From assembly GCA_963797635.1 (NCBI GenBank), contig CAWCPZ010000011.1, forward strand, positions 386,667-450,666: a stretch of 64,000 bases of DNA, in the 5' to 3' direction. Every line of letters begins with the position of its first letter. Position 1 is the stretch's first letter. This stretch comes from an uncultured Actinomycetes bacterium. Lineage in GTDB: Bacteria > Actinomycetota > UBA4738 > HRBIN12. This document shows positions 19,572-30,300 of the stretch, piece after piece. The position numbers and the translations under genes were made by a program. The notes beneath the pieces are model-generated. The model did not search any database. It was not told where the DNA came from and saw nothing but the letters and a program-made list of their open reading frames with translations.

Positions 19572-20678
19572 TCACCTCCGCTTCCGCTTGGCCGGCGGAC
19601 GCTTCTTGTTCTTCGGCCTGGGCTTCGACGACGCTCCGACCCGCGCGGTGGTGGCCTGCGCGGCAGCGTCGGACGTGCTCGCCGCGGCCACCGTGCTCGG
19701 GGCAGGCTCGGTGGTGGCCGTCCGGGTGCGCGCGGTGCGGCGGGCCTCGATCTGCTGGTAACGCTTGTCGCGCTTCTTCAGCATCGTGAGCACCGGGGCG
19801 GCGATGAAGATCGAGGAGTAGGCGCCGGTCGCCACCCCGATGAACATCGCGAACGCGAAGTCCTTCAGGGTGTCTCCGCCGAAGAGCAGCAGCGACAGGA
19901 TCGGCAGCAGGACCACCAGCGAGGTGTTCACCGACCGCATGAAGGTCTGGTTCAGCGACAGGTCGACCACGCCGTCGTAGCCGAGCTTGGAGACCAGCGC
20001 GCTGGACTCGGTGTTCTCCCGGATCTTGTCGTAGATCACGACGGTGTCGTACAGCGAGAACCCGAGGATCGTGAGGATGGCGATGACGGTCTCGGGCGTG
20101 ACCTCGCGGCCCACCAAGGCGTAGACGCCGATCGTGATCAATACGTCGTGGAGCAGCGCGATGATGGCGCCGACGGCCATCTTCCACTCGAACCGGAACG
20201 AGATGTAGATCATGATCGCGATCAGCACGACCACCAGCCCGAACAGCGCCTTGCGCGAGATCTCGGCGCCCCACGTGGGCCCGATGTCCTGGATGCTGAC
20301 CTCGGTGACCGTGACCCCGGCCTGCTTCGCGAGGGCAGCTGATGAGCGCATCGGCTCTCGACAGCGCCGGCCAGGGTCTCGGTGCGGATCGAGACCGTGT
20401 CGCCGTTGACGATCTGCACCTCGGCGTCGGGCCGGCCGTTGTCGGCGAGGATGCCGCTGATGTCTTCCGCGGTGGCGTCCGACTGCAGCGGGTAGGAGAT
20501 CTGCGCGCCGCCCTCGAAGTCGATCGACAGGTTCAAGCCCACCGCGGACGATGAAGCCCGCGATGCCCAGCAGGATGACGACGCCCGAGATCGTGAACCA
20601 CAGCCGCTTGCGCTCGACGAACCGGAAGTGCGGGATCGTGTGGCCGCGATAGGTCTCGCTCAGGTGGTGGAGGTTCAC
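19572..20678 (-). CDS. secF: protein translocase subunit SecF; the periplasmic P1 segment is encoded in an alternate frame between two compensating single-base indels (~20537-20543 and ~20331-20349)
   Basis: Frame A N-terminus MNLHHLSETYRGHTIPHFRFVERKRLWFTISGVVILLGIAGFIVRGG. Frame B ORF 20222..20542 reads GLNLSIDFEGGAQISYPLQ...TETLAGAVES. Frame A resumes at AALAKQAGVTVTEVSIQDIGPTWGAEISRKAL... with the TM bundle. Intervening frame-A text EPVDRLRGRRADLL... is nonsense. Confidence 0.88.
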   Translation of the reverse strand: MNLHHLSETYRGHTIPHFRFVERKRLWFTISGVVILLGIAGFIVRGGLEPVDRLRGRRADLLPAAVGRHRGRHQRHPRRQRPARRRGADRQRRHGLDPHRDPGRRCREPMRSSAALAKQAGVTVTEVSIQDIGPTWGAEISRKALFGLVVVLIAIMIYISFRFEWKMAVGAIIALLHDVLITIGVYALVGREVTPETVIAILTILGFSLYDTVVIYDKIRENTESSALVSKLGYDGVVDLSLNQTFMRSVNTSLVVLLPILSLLLFGGDTLKDFAFAMFIGVATGAYSSIFIAAPVLTMLKKRDKRYQQIEARRTARTRTATTEPAPSTVAAASTSDAAAQATTARVGASSKPRPKNKKRPPAKRKRR

Positions 20679-22858
20679 GGCGTGCCTCCCGCCGGCGCGT
20701 CATCGGGGTCGGGATCGCCCGCGATGCCGCTGCGAAGTCCGAACCCGTGCATGTTCACGAGCCGCTCGTTCCGCGCGATCAGGAACACCGTGGGTCGCTT
20801 GAAGAAGTACACGACGAACAGGTCGAGCAGCGTCGCCACGCCCAGCGTGAGCGCGAACCCGCGCACGGAGCTCACCGCGGTGACGTAGAGCACCACCGCC
20901 GCGATCATCGTCACGAAGTCGGCCGCCACGATCGTCTTGTACGACCGCTTGAACGCCGGCTGCACCGCCGAACGCGCCGACTTGCCCGAGCGCACCTCGT
21001 CCTTCAGCCGTTCGAAGAACACGATGTAGGAGTCGGCGGTCACGCCCAGGGAGATCACGAGGCCCGCGACGCCGGCCAGGGTGAGCGCGTAGCCCACCTG
21101 CGCCCCGGCGATCGAGACGATGGCCAGCGCCAGGATCGCCCATGCCGACATGCCGAACCACGCCACGATGCCCAGCAGCCGGTAATAGAAGAGCAGGTAC
21201 AGGAACAGCAGGATCAAGCCGGCGATCCCGGCCACGATGCCCTGCCGCAACGACTCCTCACCCAGCGTGGGGCTCACGGTCTGCACCGACTGCCGCGTCA
21301 GTTCCACCGGCAGCGCACCGGCGTTCAGCACGGTCGCCAGGTCCTTGGCTTCGGTCTCGTCGAAGCCGCCGCTGATCACGCCGCTGCCGTTCGTGATGGG
21401 GTCGTTCACCGTGGGATAGGAGATCACGCTGCGGTCGACGACGATCGCGATCGAGTTCTGCGGGGGCGGCTGGCTCACCGCCGTGGTGGTGGCCTCGGCG
21501 AACGCATCGACCGCGTCGCCTCCGAGTTCGAACGAGACCTGCCACTGGGTGACGCCGCTCCCGCCGAAGACAGCGGACGCGTTCGTGATGTCGCTGCCGC
21601 TGATCACGGTCGGTCCCAGCCGGAACTTGTTCTTCTGGGCGTCCATGTAGACGACCTCTTGCTGGTCCAGCGTGTCGAACGAGCAGGCGTCGGTGTCCGC
21701 CTCCTCGGCGGTGGGACAGGTCACCGCCAACGACGTGTACGTGGGGTCAGACGGCGGGACGATGGCGAGCACCGGGCGCTGCTCCAGCCGGGCGGTCTGT
21801 CCGATCACGCTCAACAGACGCTGCTGGCCCGTCGCGCGACGCTCCTGCTCGGCGGCGTCCCGGTCGATGAAGCAGCCCAGGTTCTTGGCGGCCGAGCTGA
21901 TCACGCAGTACTGCACGGTCTGCTTGGACACCGCGATCGCATCGAGCGCATCCTGCGCGTCGGCTTTCGTCTCGAGCTCGCACGGGAGCGTCTCCGTCCC
22001 TTGCAGATCGAGGCCGGACACCCCGCTCGCGGACGGGCTGGCACTGGGTGAGGCCGACGCACTGGGCGACGGTGAGGCGGACTTCGAAGGGTCGGGTGTG
22101 GCCGACGGGGTGGGCGAGGCCTCCTCTTCGGTGGCGGTGGCGCCGCCGGTGACGCAGTAACTGCGTTTCGTCACCTCGACCGTCAGGCCGTCGGCCGCCT
22201 TCTGCGCTTCCTTCTTGGTGGTGGAACATCCGTACTGCTTGCCCGTGGGGTCGGTGAGGCAGAACCCACCCGTGTCGGGTTCGGACGACGGGCTCGCCGA
22301 CGGCGATGCCGAACCGCTGGGCGAGGCCGAAGGACTCGCGGCCGTCTTGGGCGACACGGTGATGGACGACTGGAAGGCGGTGGCCTCCTGTTCGCTGGTG
22401 AAGCACTCGAGCTGGGTGCCATCCGCGTCCTCGACGCAGGCTTCCGAGGCCTGGCTGGTCACCTGCAGGTCATCGAGCGCCGCCTGCGCTTCGGCCTGGT
22501 CGGCGCCGCAGCCATAGTTCACGCCGGCGTCGTCGATCAGGCAGTACTGCTCCTTCTGACGCTCCTCGATCGTGCCGTTCGTCAGGCCGGGGATCTGCAC
22601 CTCGATCGTGTTGCCCGACAGCACGATGTCGGGCTCCCCCACCCCGAACGCGTCGACGCGGTTCCGGATGTTCGTGAGCGCCTGGTCCATGACGTCGCGG
22701 GGCGTGCCTTCCGGCGCGGTGAGGATCACCGAGACGCCGCCCTCGAGGTCCAGGCCCAGGGTGGGCTGCAGGGCACCGGTGGCGAACCCGATCAGGGACC
22801 CCACGACGAGCAGCGCCACCATGGCGATCGACAGCCACAAGCCGCGGGTTCGCTTCAC
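20675..22858 (-). CDS. secD: protein translocase subunit SecD with an expanded periplasmic insert (three Cys-pair repeats separated by ASPS low-complexity linkers)
   Basis: 727 aa; N-terminal TM helix, LDLEGGVSVIL, C-terminal 6-TM bundle; the ~230 aa insert makes it longer than typical 570-620 aa SecD. Confidence 0.92.
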   Translation of the reverse strand: MKRTRGLWLSIAMVALLVVGSLIGFATGALQPTLGLDLEGGVSVILTAPEGTPRDVMDQALTNIRNRVDAFGVGEPDIVLSGNTIEVQIPGLTNGTIEERQKEQYCLIDDAGVNYGCGADQAEAQAALDDLQVTSQASEACVEDADGTQLECFTSEQEATAFQSSITVSPKTAASPSASPSGSASPSASPSSEPDTGGFCLTDPTGKQYGCSTTKKEAQKAADGLTVEVTKRSYCVTGGATATEEEASPTPSATPDPSKSASPSPSASASPSASPSASGVSGLDLQGTETLPCELETKADAQDALDAIAVSKQTVQYCVISSAAKNLGCFIDRDAAEQERRATGQQRLLSVIGQTARLEQRPVLAIVPPSDPTYTSLAVTCPTAEEADTDACSFDTLDQQEVVYMDAQKNKFRLGPTVISGSDITNASAVFGGSGVTQWQVSFELGGDAVDAFAEATTTAVSQPPPQNSIAIVVDRSVISYPTVNDPITNGSGVISGGFDETEAKDLATVLNAGALPVELTRQSVQTVSPTLGEESLRQGIVAGIAGLILLFLYLLFYYRLLGIVAWFGMSAWAILALAIVSIAGAQVGYALTLAGVAGLVISLGVTADSYIVFFERLKDEVRSGKSARSAVQPAFKRSYKTIVAADFVTMIAAVVLYVTAVSSVRGFALTLGVATLLDLFVVYFFKRPTVFLIARNERLVNMHGFGLRSGIAGDPDPDDAPAGGTP

Positions 22859-23631
22859 GCCAGCTCCGAGCCGTTCACGACCAGTCGGAACCGGGCGTCG
22901 AGCATCTCAGCCGCGCGACGGCACAGCTGCATCCTGCCCAGGAAGATCTCGAAGTACTCCATCACTTGGCTGATCTGGGTGTCGATGGTCAGCTCCAGGC
23001 TGACCGTTCGAGCGTCCGAGTCTACCCGCAGGAACGACTGCTCCACGGCATAGTTCACGCGGTCGTGGATGTCGTGATCGATGTGCCCGCTCTTGCGCAC
23101 GCGGCTTCGATGCACGTCGCTCTTGTCGGCCAGGATCACCGCGGCCGACACCGGGGAGACCGCGGTCCCCTCGGTCTCTTCGTGGTTCGCGATCGCGGCC
23201 ACGATCGGCATGAGGTCTGCCGGATTCACGGTGTCGTGCAGCGCTTGATAGACGATCACCGCACCGGTCTGGCCGTGGGCGTCCCGCGCCAGGGCGTTGC
23301 CGACGTCGTGCAGGTACCCGGCCACGCTCGCCAGCGTCGCCTCACGCTCGCCGTAGCCCAGCCGGTGCAGGACCTGGAACGAGATGCTGGACACCAGGTT
23401 CGCGTGGCGGAACCCGTGCTCGGTGAAGCCCATCGCCTCCATCACGCGGTCGGCCGAGGCGATGAAGGCCGCGAGCGGCTCGTGGTCCTGGATCATCTCC
23501 AGCGAGACCGACGGCGGGGCGTCCGAGCCGGGTGTCGGCGCCGGGTGTTCGGGCAACGCCTGATGCGGCACGAAGGGCGCGGGTTCATCGACCCGGCGAA
23601 CGGGCTCGCGGGGAAGGTCGGCGTCACTCAC
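22855..23631 (-). CDS. HD-domain phosphohydrolase family protein
   Basis: 258 aa; HANLVSSISFQVLHRLGYGE...LHDVGN...IANHEE; translationally coupled between yajC and secD (4-nt overlaps). Confidence 0.7.
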   Translation of the reverse strand: MSDADLPREPVRRVDEPAPFVPHQALPEHPAPTPGSDAPPSVSLEMIQDHEPLAAFIASADRVMEAMGFTEHGFRHANLVSSISFQVLHRLGYGEREATLASVAGYLHDVGNALARDAHGQTGAVIVYQALHDTVNPADLMPIVAAIANHEETEGTAVSPVSAAVILADKSDVHRSRVRKSGHIDHDIHDRVNYAVEQSFLRVDSDARTVSLELTIDTQISQVMEYFEIFLGRMQLCRRAAEMLDARFRLVVNGSELA

Positions 23632-24029
23632 AGCTGCTGGATGGGGCCCTGCTGCTCGTCGGACGTGTCGTGCTCCCCGCCCTCGTCGCCGTCCTCATCC
23701 TCGTCGTAGTCCTCGTCGTCGTAGTCCTCGTCGTCGGCCGTGAGCCGGCGACCCACGCCCGCGCGCAGGATCCGGACCTGCGTGCCGGGAGCGATCTCGA
23801 CGGTCAGGGTGTCATCGTCCTCGTCGATCGCGACGATCGTGCCGATGATGCCCGAGGTCATCACGATCTCGTCGCCCTCTTCGACGCTGCGGATCAGGGC
23901 CTGCTGTTCCTTCGCCCGCCGCTGCTGCGGACGGATCAGGAGGAAATAGAAGACACCGAGGAGCAGCACCGGGATCAACAATCCGACGTAGGAGCCGCCG
24001 CCCGAGGACTGCGCGAGGAACTGGACCAT
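23628..24029 (-). CDS. yajC: preprotein translocase subunit YajC with an acidic C-terminal tail
   Basis: MVQFLAQSSGGGSYVGLLIPVLLLGVFYFLLIRPQQRRAKEQQALIRSVEEGDEIVMTSGIIGTIVAID...; the track ORF 23628..24713 extends upstream in a non-coding frame across the ruvB 3' end. Confidence 0.85.
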   Translation of the reverse strand: MVQFLAQSSGGGSYVGLLIPVLLLGVFYFLLIRPQQRRAKEQQALIRSVEEGDEIVMTSGIIGTIVAIDEDDDTLTVEIAPGTQVRILRAGVGRRLTADDEDYDDEDYDEDEDGDEGGEHDTSDEQQGPIQQL

Positions 24030-24102
24030 GCGAGGAACCTCTTCTGTGTGAGGGGATGGAAAACGCGGGGCCGAGTCTACAAGCCCGTTGGCGCACCAAC
24101 CC

Positions 24103-25119
24103 TCACAGCGGCAGCGTGCCCGGAGCGCTGATGCCCAACTGGCGGTAGGCGCGTTCGGTGGCCACCCGCCCACGAGGCGTGCGGTGCAAGAACCCTCGCT
24201 GCAGCAGGTAGGGCTCCACGACATCTTCGACCGTGTCGGGCTCCTCGCCGATGGCCGCCGCCAGGGTGGACAGGCCCACCGGTCCCCCGCCGAACCGCTC
24301 CACGATGGCGCGCAGGATCGCGTGATCGAGCCGGTCGAGGCCCTCGTCATCGACCTCGAAGACCTCGAGCCCGCCGCGAGCCACCGCGCCGTCGATCGCG
24401 CCGTCGTGACGTACCTCGGCGAAGTCGCGCACGCGCCGCAGCAGCCGGTTCGCGATCCGAGGCGTGCCTCGTGACCGGCCCGCGATCTCGACCGCGCCCT
24501 CCTCGTCGAGCCGAACCCCCAGGATGCCCGCGGACCGGCCCACGATCTTCGTGAGGTCTTCCACCGAGTAGTAGTCGAGCCGCGGCGAGAACCCGAAGCG
24601 TTCCCGCAGCGGCAGCGTGATGCGTCCCGGTCGCGTGGTGGCCGCCACCAGGGTGAACCGCGGGAGTTCCAGCCTGATCGACCGCGCCGTCGGGCCTTTG
24701 CCCAGCACCACATCGAGCACGAAGTCCTCCAGCGCCGGATACAGCACTTCCTCGACGGGGCGCGGCATGCGGTGGATCTCGTCGACGAACAACACGTCGC
24801 CGTCCCCGAGGTTGGTGAGGATGGCGGCGAGGTCGCTGGGACGATCCAGGGCCGGGCCGGACGTGGGGTTGAACCCCGCGGCCATCTCGGTGGCCACGAT
24901 CTGGGCCAGCGTGGTCTTGCCCAGCCCCGGTGGACCGCTGAACAGCAGATGGTCGACGGGTTCGGAGCGGCGCCTCGCGCCGTCGATCAACAGCGCCAAC
25001 TGTTCCTTCACCCGCTCCTGACCCACGAACTCGGTGAGCGAACGGGGGCGCAGTGCGACGTCGAACTCGCGATCCTCCGGGTCGACGACGGCGGCTTCGA
25101 TCAAGCGGTCGTCGTCCAC
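24103..25119 (-). CDS. ruvB: Holliday junction branch migration ATPase RuvB (GTG start 2 nt after the ruvA stop)
   Basis: [19 protein letters not shown], Walker [21 protein letters not shown]; the upstream 94 codons of the track ORF overlap ruvA. Confidence 0.93.
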   Translation of the reverse strand: MDDDRLIEAAVVDPEDREFDVALRPRSLTEFVGQERVKEQLALLIDGARRRSEPVDHLLFSGPPGLGKTTLAQIVATEMAAGFNPTSGPALDRPSDLAAILTNLGDGDVLFVDEIHRMPRPVEEVLYPALEDFVLDVVLGKGPTARSIRLELPRFTLVAATTRPGRITLPLRERFGFSPRLDYYSVEDLTKIVGRSAGILGVRLDEEGAVEIAGRSRGTPRIANRLLRRVRDFAEVRHDGAIDGAVARGGLEVFEVDDEGLDRLDHAILRAIVERFGGGPVGLSTLAAAIGEEPDTVEDVVEPYLLQRGFLHRTPRGRVATERAYRQLGISAPGTLPL

Positions 25120-25120
25120 G

Positions 25121-25687
25121 TCAGCGGCCCGCCTTCTGCAGGGCTTCCCGCAACAGATCCTCGACCTCGCGGTCGTCGACCTGCACGGACGCCAGGGCCT
25201 CGCTCGCTTCGGCCGGGGTGAGACCCAACGACACCAACGCCTCGCGCACATCGGCGAGCGGGCCTTCGGCCACGAGTTCTCCCTCGCCGCCCAGCTTGTC
25301 GCGCAGGTCGAGCACCACGCGCTGGGCCACCTTCTTGCCCACCCCCGGGACGACCGTGAGGGCCTCGGCGTCGCCGGCCACCACGCTGCGCCGCAGCGCA
25401 TCGGGCGCCAACGCCGACAGGAAGGACAGGGCCACCTTGGGACCGACGCCGCTCACGCCGGTCAGCAGGTCGAACAGTTCGCGCTCGTCGGTGGCGGAGA
25501 AGCCGTACAGGACCATGGCGTCGTCCCGCACGACCATGCGCGTGTGCACACGTGTGGTCTTGCCGGTGGGCGGGAGCTTGCTCACCACCGACGTGGGCAC
25601 CAGCAGGTCGTAGCCGACCCCGCCGACGGCCAGCACGATCCGGTTCGCCCCCTTCTCGACCACCTCGCCCTCCAGGAACGAGATCAT
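25121..25687 (-). CDS. ruvA: Holliday junction DNA helicase subunit RuvA
   Basis: 188 aa; [31 protein letters not shown], HhH motifs GVGPKVAL. Confidence 0.93.
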   Translation of the reverse strand: MISFLEGEVVEKGANRIVLAVGGVGYDLLVPTSVVSKLPPTGKTTRVHTRMVVRDDAMVLYGFSATDERELFDLLTGVSGVGPKVALSFLSALAPDALRRSVVAGDAEALTVVPGVGKKVAQRVVLDLRDKLGGEGELVAEGPLADVREALVSLGLTPAEASEALASVQVDDREVEDLLREALQKAGR

Positions 25688-26208
25688 CGCGCTCCCACCG
25701 CTCGAGCGGCCGTGCGCAGCCGCTCGCCGGTCAGATGGGTGAGGGCCACCGCGATGGCGTCGGCCGCGTCGGGTTGGTCGGGCACCTCGCGCATCGCGTG
25801 GACGCGGATGAGGGCGGTGCGGACCTGGTCCTTGTCGGCGTTGCCGATGCCGGTGACCGCGCTCTTCACCTGGGTGGGGCTGTACTCGGCCACCGGCAGG
25901 CCCGCCTCGGCGGCCACCACCATCACCGCCCCGGTGACACGGGCGACGGTGAGCGCGCTGCTCCGGTTCCTGCTGAAGGCGACGCGCTCGATGGCCACGC
26001 AGGTGGGTGCGTGCTGCGCGATCGCCGTGCGCATCGCGGTCACCAGATGCAGGAGTCTGGCCGACTCGTCCTGGCTGGATGGCGTGCGGATCGTGTCTGC
26101 CCAGACCAGCGCGGGCTTGCGACCCTCACGACCGACGACGGCGAGGCCCAACCGGGCCACGCCAGGGTCCACGCCGAGCACACAGGTATCGAACATCCGT
26201 TCGCCCAT
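25684..26208 (-). CDS. ruvC: crossover junction endodeoxyribonuclease RuvC
   Basis: MFDTCVLGVDPGVARLGLAVV...VAIERVAFSRN...DAADAIAVALTH; upstream part of track ORF 25684..26598 is Arg-rich nonsense. Confidence 0.9.
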   Translation of the reverse strand: MGERMFDTCVLGVDPGVARLGLAVVGREGRKPALVWADTIRTPSSQDESARLLHLVTAMRTAIAQHAPTCVAIERVAFSRNRSSALTVARVTGAVMVVAAEAGLPVAEYSPTQVKSAVTGIGNADKDQVRTALIRVHAMREVPDQPDAADAIAVALTHLTGERLRTAARAVGAR

Positions 26209-26297
26209 CCTAGGGACCGGCGGCGGCCGGGGCAACGACCCACCCACGGCAACGGGGGCCGCCGATGGCGGCCCCCGTCGACCCGGACCTCCGCCGG

Positions 26298-28845
26298 CTA
26301 CGGCGCCGAGATCTTGAACATCCCTCGCCCGTGGGTCACGGCGACGATCGCGCCGCCGGGCGTCGTGGTGAGGTCGTTCGGGATCGCGTTCGGCAAGCCC
26401 GAGCCGTACCGCTTCCACGTCCCCGGCGCGCCGGCGCTCGTGATGAACACGCCGACGTCGGTGGCGAGCACCAGCTTGGACCCGCTCATCACCAGGTCGT
26501 CGGCCGGGGCGTCCGGCAGGTTGCCGCTGATGTCGTTCCAGTTCGCGCCCCCGTCCGTCGACTCGAACACGTGCCCGACGCCCGCACCGGGGATCCACCG
26601 ACGTGAGTACCCGCTGTAGATCGCGTAGACGTGTCCGTCATCCGCAGGATCGACCACCATGTTGAAGACGTAGCGCTGCGGCAGCGGGTCGCCGCCGTTG
26701 ACGACGTCCGGCCCTGCCACCGTGTGCCAGGTCCCGCCGTAGTTCGTGTCGATCCCGGCGTAGAACAGGTCGCCGTCGGGGTTGCACCCGTTGCCGCAAT
26801 ACCCCACGTAGACCGTGTCGCCGTTGACGCCGATCCCGGTGATCTGACTCGCCTCACCGGTGTCGTGCGTGATCTTCCAATCGCACGCGGTATCGCTGCA
26901 GTGCGTGCGCCAGCCCTCGGTGGTCTCCCACACGTACCGCCCGCCGCTCACCCAGTGCTTGTTGGGCGCCTTCGGGTCGGCCTCGAACGGAGCGATGAAC
27001 CGCGGCTGCGGGTCGCACGGATCGGGCGTGTAGGTGAACGCGCTGCACGCCGGGCTGATCTCACGCCATGCGGCCGTGCTCCCGTCGCTGCGGCCAGCGT
27101 TCGTGGTGAGCCACATGTCGTTCTCGGTGTACTCCGAGACGTTGCGCATCGCGTTGTTCGGATCGACGATCACGTCGCCGCCGTCACCGCCGAACGGCGA
27201 GACCATCGTGTCGGCCCCAGGCAGTTGGAGGGAGCCGCCGTTGTCCTGCAGGCCGCCCCAGTACGCCGTGCCGCCCGGCACCTTCCCGTGCCGCCGTAGT
27301 AGTACTGCAGCATCCGCAGGTCGGCGTTGTTGTTGATCCACTTCTTCGCCTTGGCCAGGCTGCGGCTGTAGATGCCGCCGTCGTTGGCCATCCACAGCTT
27401 GCCCTGGCCGAACGCGATGCCGTGCTGGTCGGGGTGCGTCGTCTTCGGGCAGTCGTCCAGGTCGTTCGCCCCGCACGGGAGCCCGAAGTTCCAGTACGGC
27501 CCGATCGTGGTCCACGCGCCACCCTGGTTGCGGGTCTCGTAGACCTCCTCCATGCCCACGAACACCCGGTTCGGGTTGTTCGGCGCCACGCCGAGCGCCT
27601 GGTTGTACCAAGCCTGGATCCCCGGCGAGTATCCGGAACCGAAGCCCAGCGCGGAGCCCGGCGAGTTCCCGAGCTGCTTCGAGGTGGCGATGCGATCCCA
27701 CGGACCGGCAACATCGCCGGAGCGGGATTCGTAGACGCCCATCAACACCGTCTCCGGGTTGAAGAGGTACTTGTGGATCGACTCGACCAGCGAATACAGA
27801 CGGCCGTCGCTGCCGAACGCGAAGCTCGACTTGCCGATGTCGGCGGCGTTGATGCCGTCGGTGTCGCACCATCGACCACGACGCTCCACCGTTCGTGGAC
27901 TCGTAGAAGCCGTTGTAGTCGGTCGGACCGCCGCGCCAGGCGATGCTCGCCACCATGTGCATGCCGTCGGTGGGATCGACCTGGACGTCGTTCACGAACG
28001 TGAAGCCGTACGGCCCGGGCGTGCCGGGCTGTGCCACCACGGTCCACGGGTCGCCGAGCGGCGCGCTCAGCGAGCGACGCACGATCCCCAAGCTCGTCCC
28101 CACGACGATGTGACCGTGACCGTCGAAGACGATCCCGGACGTCATCTGACCGTCGAGTTCGTCACCGCCGACCTTGGACCAGGTCGCCGCGTGGTCGTCG
28201 GAGACGTAGACCCCGGTGCCGAGGTAGTTGTCGAACGCGGTGCTCGATTCCCCGGTGGCGTACCAGACGCTGTGGTCCTTCGGGTTCACGCCGATCGCGC
28301 CGGACGACGTGCTGTCGAGGCCGTCGGTCATCGCCTGCCAGGTGCTGCCGGCATCGCGGGAGCGCCAGAGCCCACCGTCGGCGCCGCCCGCGTAGACCCA
28401 CGAACCGTCGACCGCCACCGCGGCGGCGCGGCCGGTCACGAAGCCCGATCCGCCTCCGGAGTTGGAGATGAACGGGTCGCGGTAGTTCGGATCGTCGGAG
28501 TCGTACGGCAGGTTCGTGACCTGCACCCAGGTGCCGGATGCCGCGGCGAGGGCCGCGGCGTCATCGCGAGCCGAGGTCAGCGCCCCGGGCGGCCCCGTGC
28601 GAGGCTCGGCGAACTGGGCAGCCGCCTCCTCGATCTCGAAGCGGCCCTCCTCGTCCCCTTCCTTCTGCGCCACGATCGACGCGAGCTGGTCCTCGGCCAA
28701 GCGTGACAGGCCCGAAGCGCGGGTGCGGCGGTTCGAGTGCCGAGCGGTTGGCTGCGGTGCCGGTGAGCCCGGTCATCGCGACCAGCGCGAACGCCGTGAC
28801 GACGGCCGCCAGCGAGATCGCGCGGCGTGACGAATGTCGATGCAT
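26298..28845 (-). CDS. secreted BNR/Asp-box repeat beta-propeller protein (sialidase-like / Ycf48-like fold) with a twin-arginine-like signal peptide; reading frame broken by three single-base indels
   Basis: Signal ORF 28561..28845 (MHRHSSRRAISLAAVVTAFALVAMTGLTGTAANRS) is +1 relative to the mature N-terminus (ORF 26298..28700). Middle segment lies in ORF 27170..27889 (GINAADIGKSSFAFGSDGRLYS...LQYYYGG). Frame A resumes at TAYWGGLQDNGG. BNR motifs SxDxGxTW recur (SRDAGSTW, SDDHAATW, STNGGASW, STDGGANW). Confidence 0.8.
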
Positions 28846-28965
28846 GTGTCCCTCCCCGGTGGGATGACGCCGAACCTTCCGACACTAGGCACGTTCCCCG
28901 CGTGCTCGCAATGGCTCGAAGGTCGGAAGGAATTGCGGAATCCTGCCCTGGGATGACGAGGACCG

Positions 28966-29715
<750 letters not shown>

Positions 29716-29724
29716 GGTGTCCCC

Positions 29725-30291
29725 TCACATCTTCGAGAGCAGGTAGCGGTGCAGACCGGTCTCGCCGATCAGCTCCGGATGGAACGATGATACGAGCAGG
29801 TTCCCCTGCTCCAACACGACGGGGTCGCCCTCGTGACTGGCCAGGATCCGCACGTCCGCGCCCACGTCCGTGATCTTCGGCGCACGGATGAAGACCCCCC
29901 GCACCGCATGGTCGATGCCCTCGACGTCCACCTGATCCTCGAACGAATCGACCTGCCGGCCGTAGGCGTTGCGCTGCACGCCGATGTCCATCACCGCGAA
30001 CAAGGGATCGCCGCCCTCGACGCGCCGGGCGAGCACGATCATGCCGGCGCACGTGCCGAAGATCGGCATGCCCTGGGCGGCACGCGCCCGGACGGGCTCG
30101 ACCAGGTCGTAGGCGCGTGCGAGCTTGGCCATCGTGGTGGATTCGCCGCCGGGGATCACCAGGCAGCCGACCTCGGCGAGATCGTCGGCGTTCCGGACCT
30201 CGACCGGCGTGGCGCCCGCCTCGGCCAGCATGCGACCGTGCTCACGGAAGTCACCTTGCAGCGCGAGGACGCCCGCTTTCACGGTCGTCAA
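29725..30291 (-). CDS. pdxT: pyridoxal 5'-phosphate synthase glutaminase subunit
   Basis: 188 aa; GVLALQGDFREH, catalytic FGTCAGMIVLA. Confidence 0.92.
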   Translation of the reverse strand: MTTVKAGVLALQGDFREHGRMLAEAGATPVEVRNADDLAEVGCLVIPGGESTTMAKLARAYDLVEPVRARAAQGMPIFGTCAGMIVLARRVEGGDPLFAVMDIGVQRNAYGRQVDSFEDQVDVEGIDHAVRGVFIRAPKITDVGADVRILASHEGDPVVLEQGNLLVSSFHPELIGETGLHRYLLSKM

Positions 30292-30300
30292 CCTCCTTGA

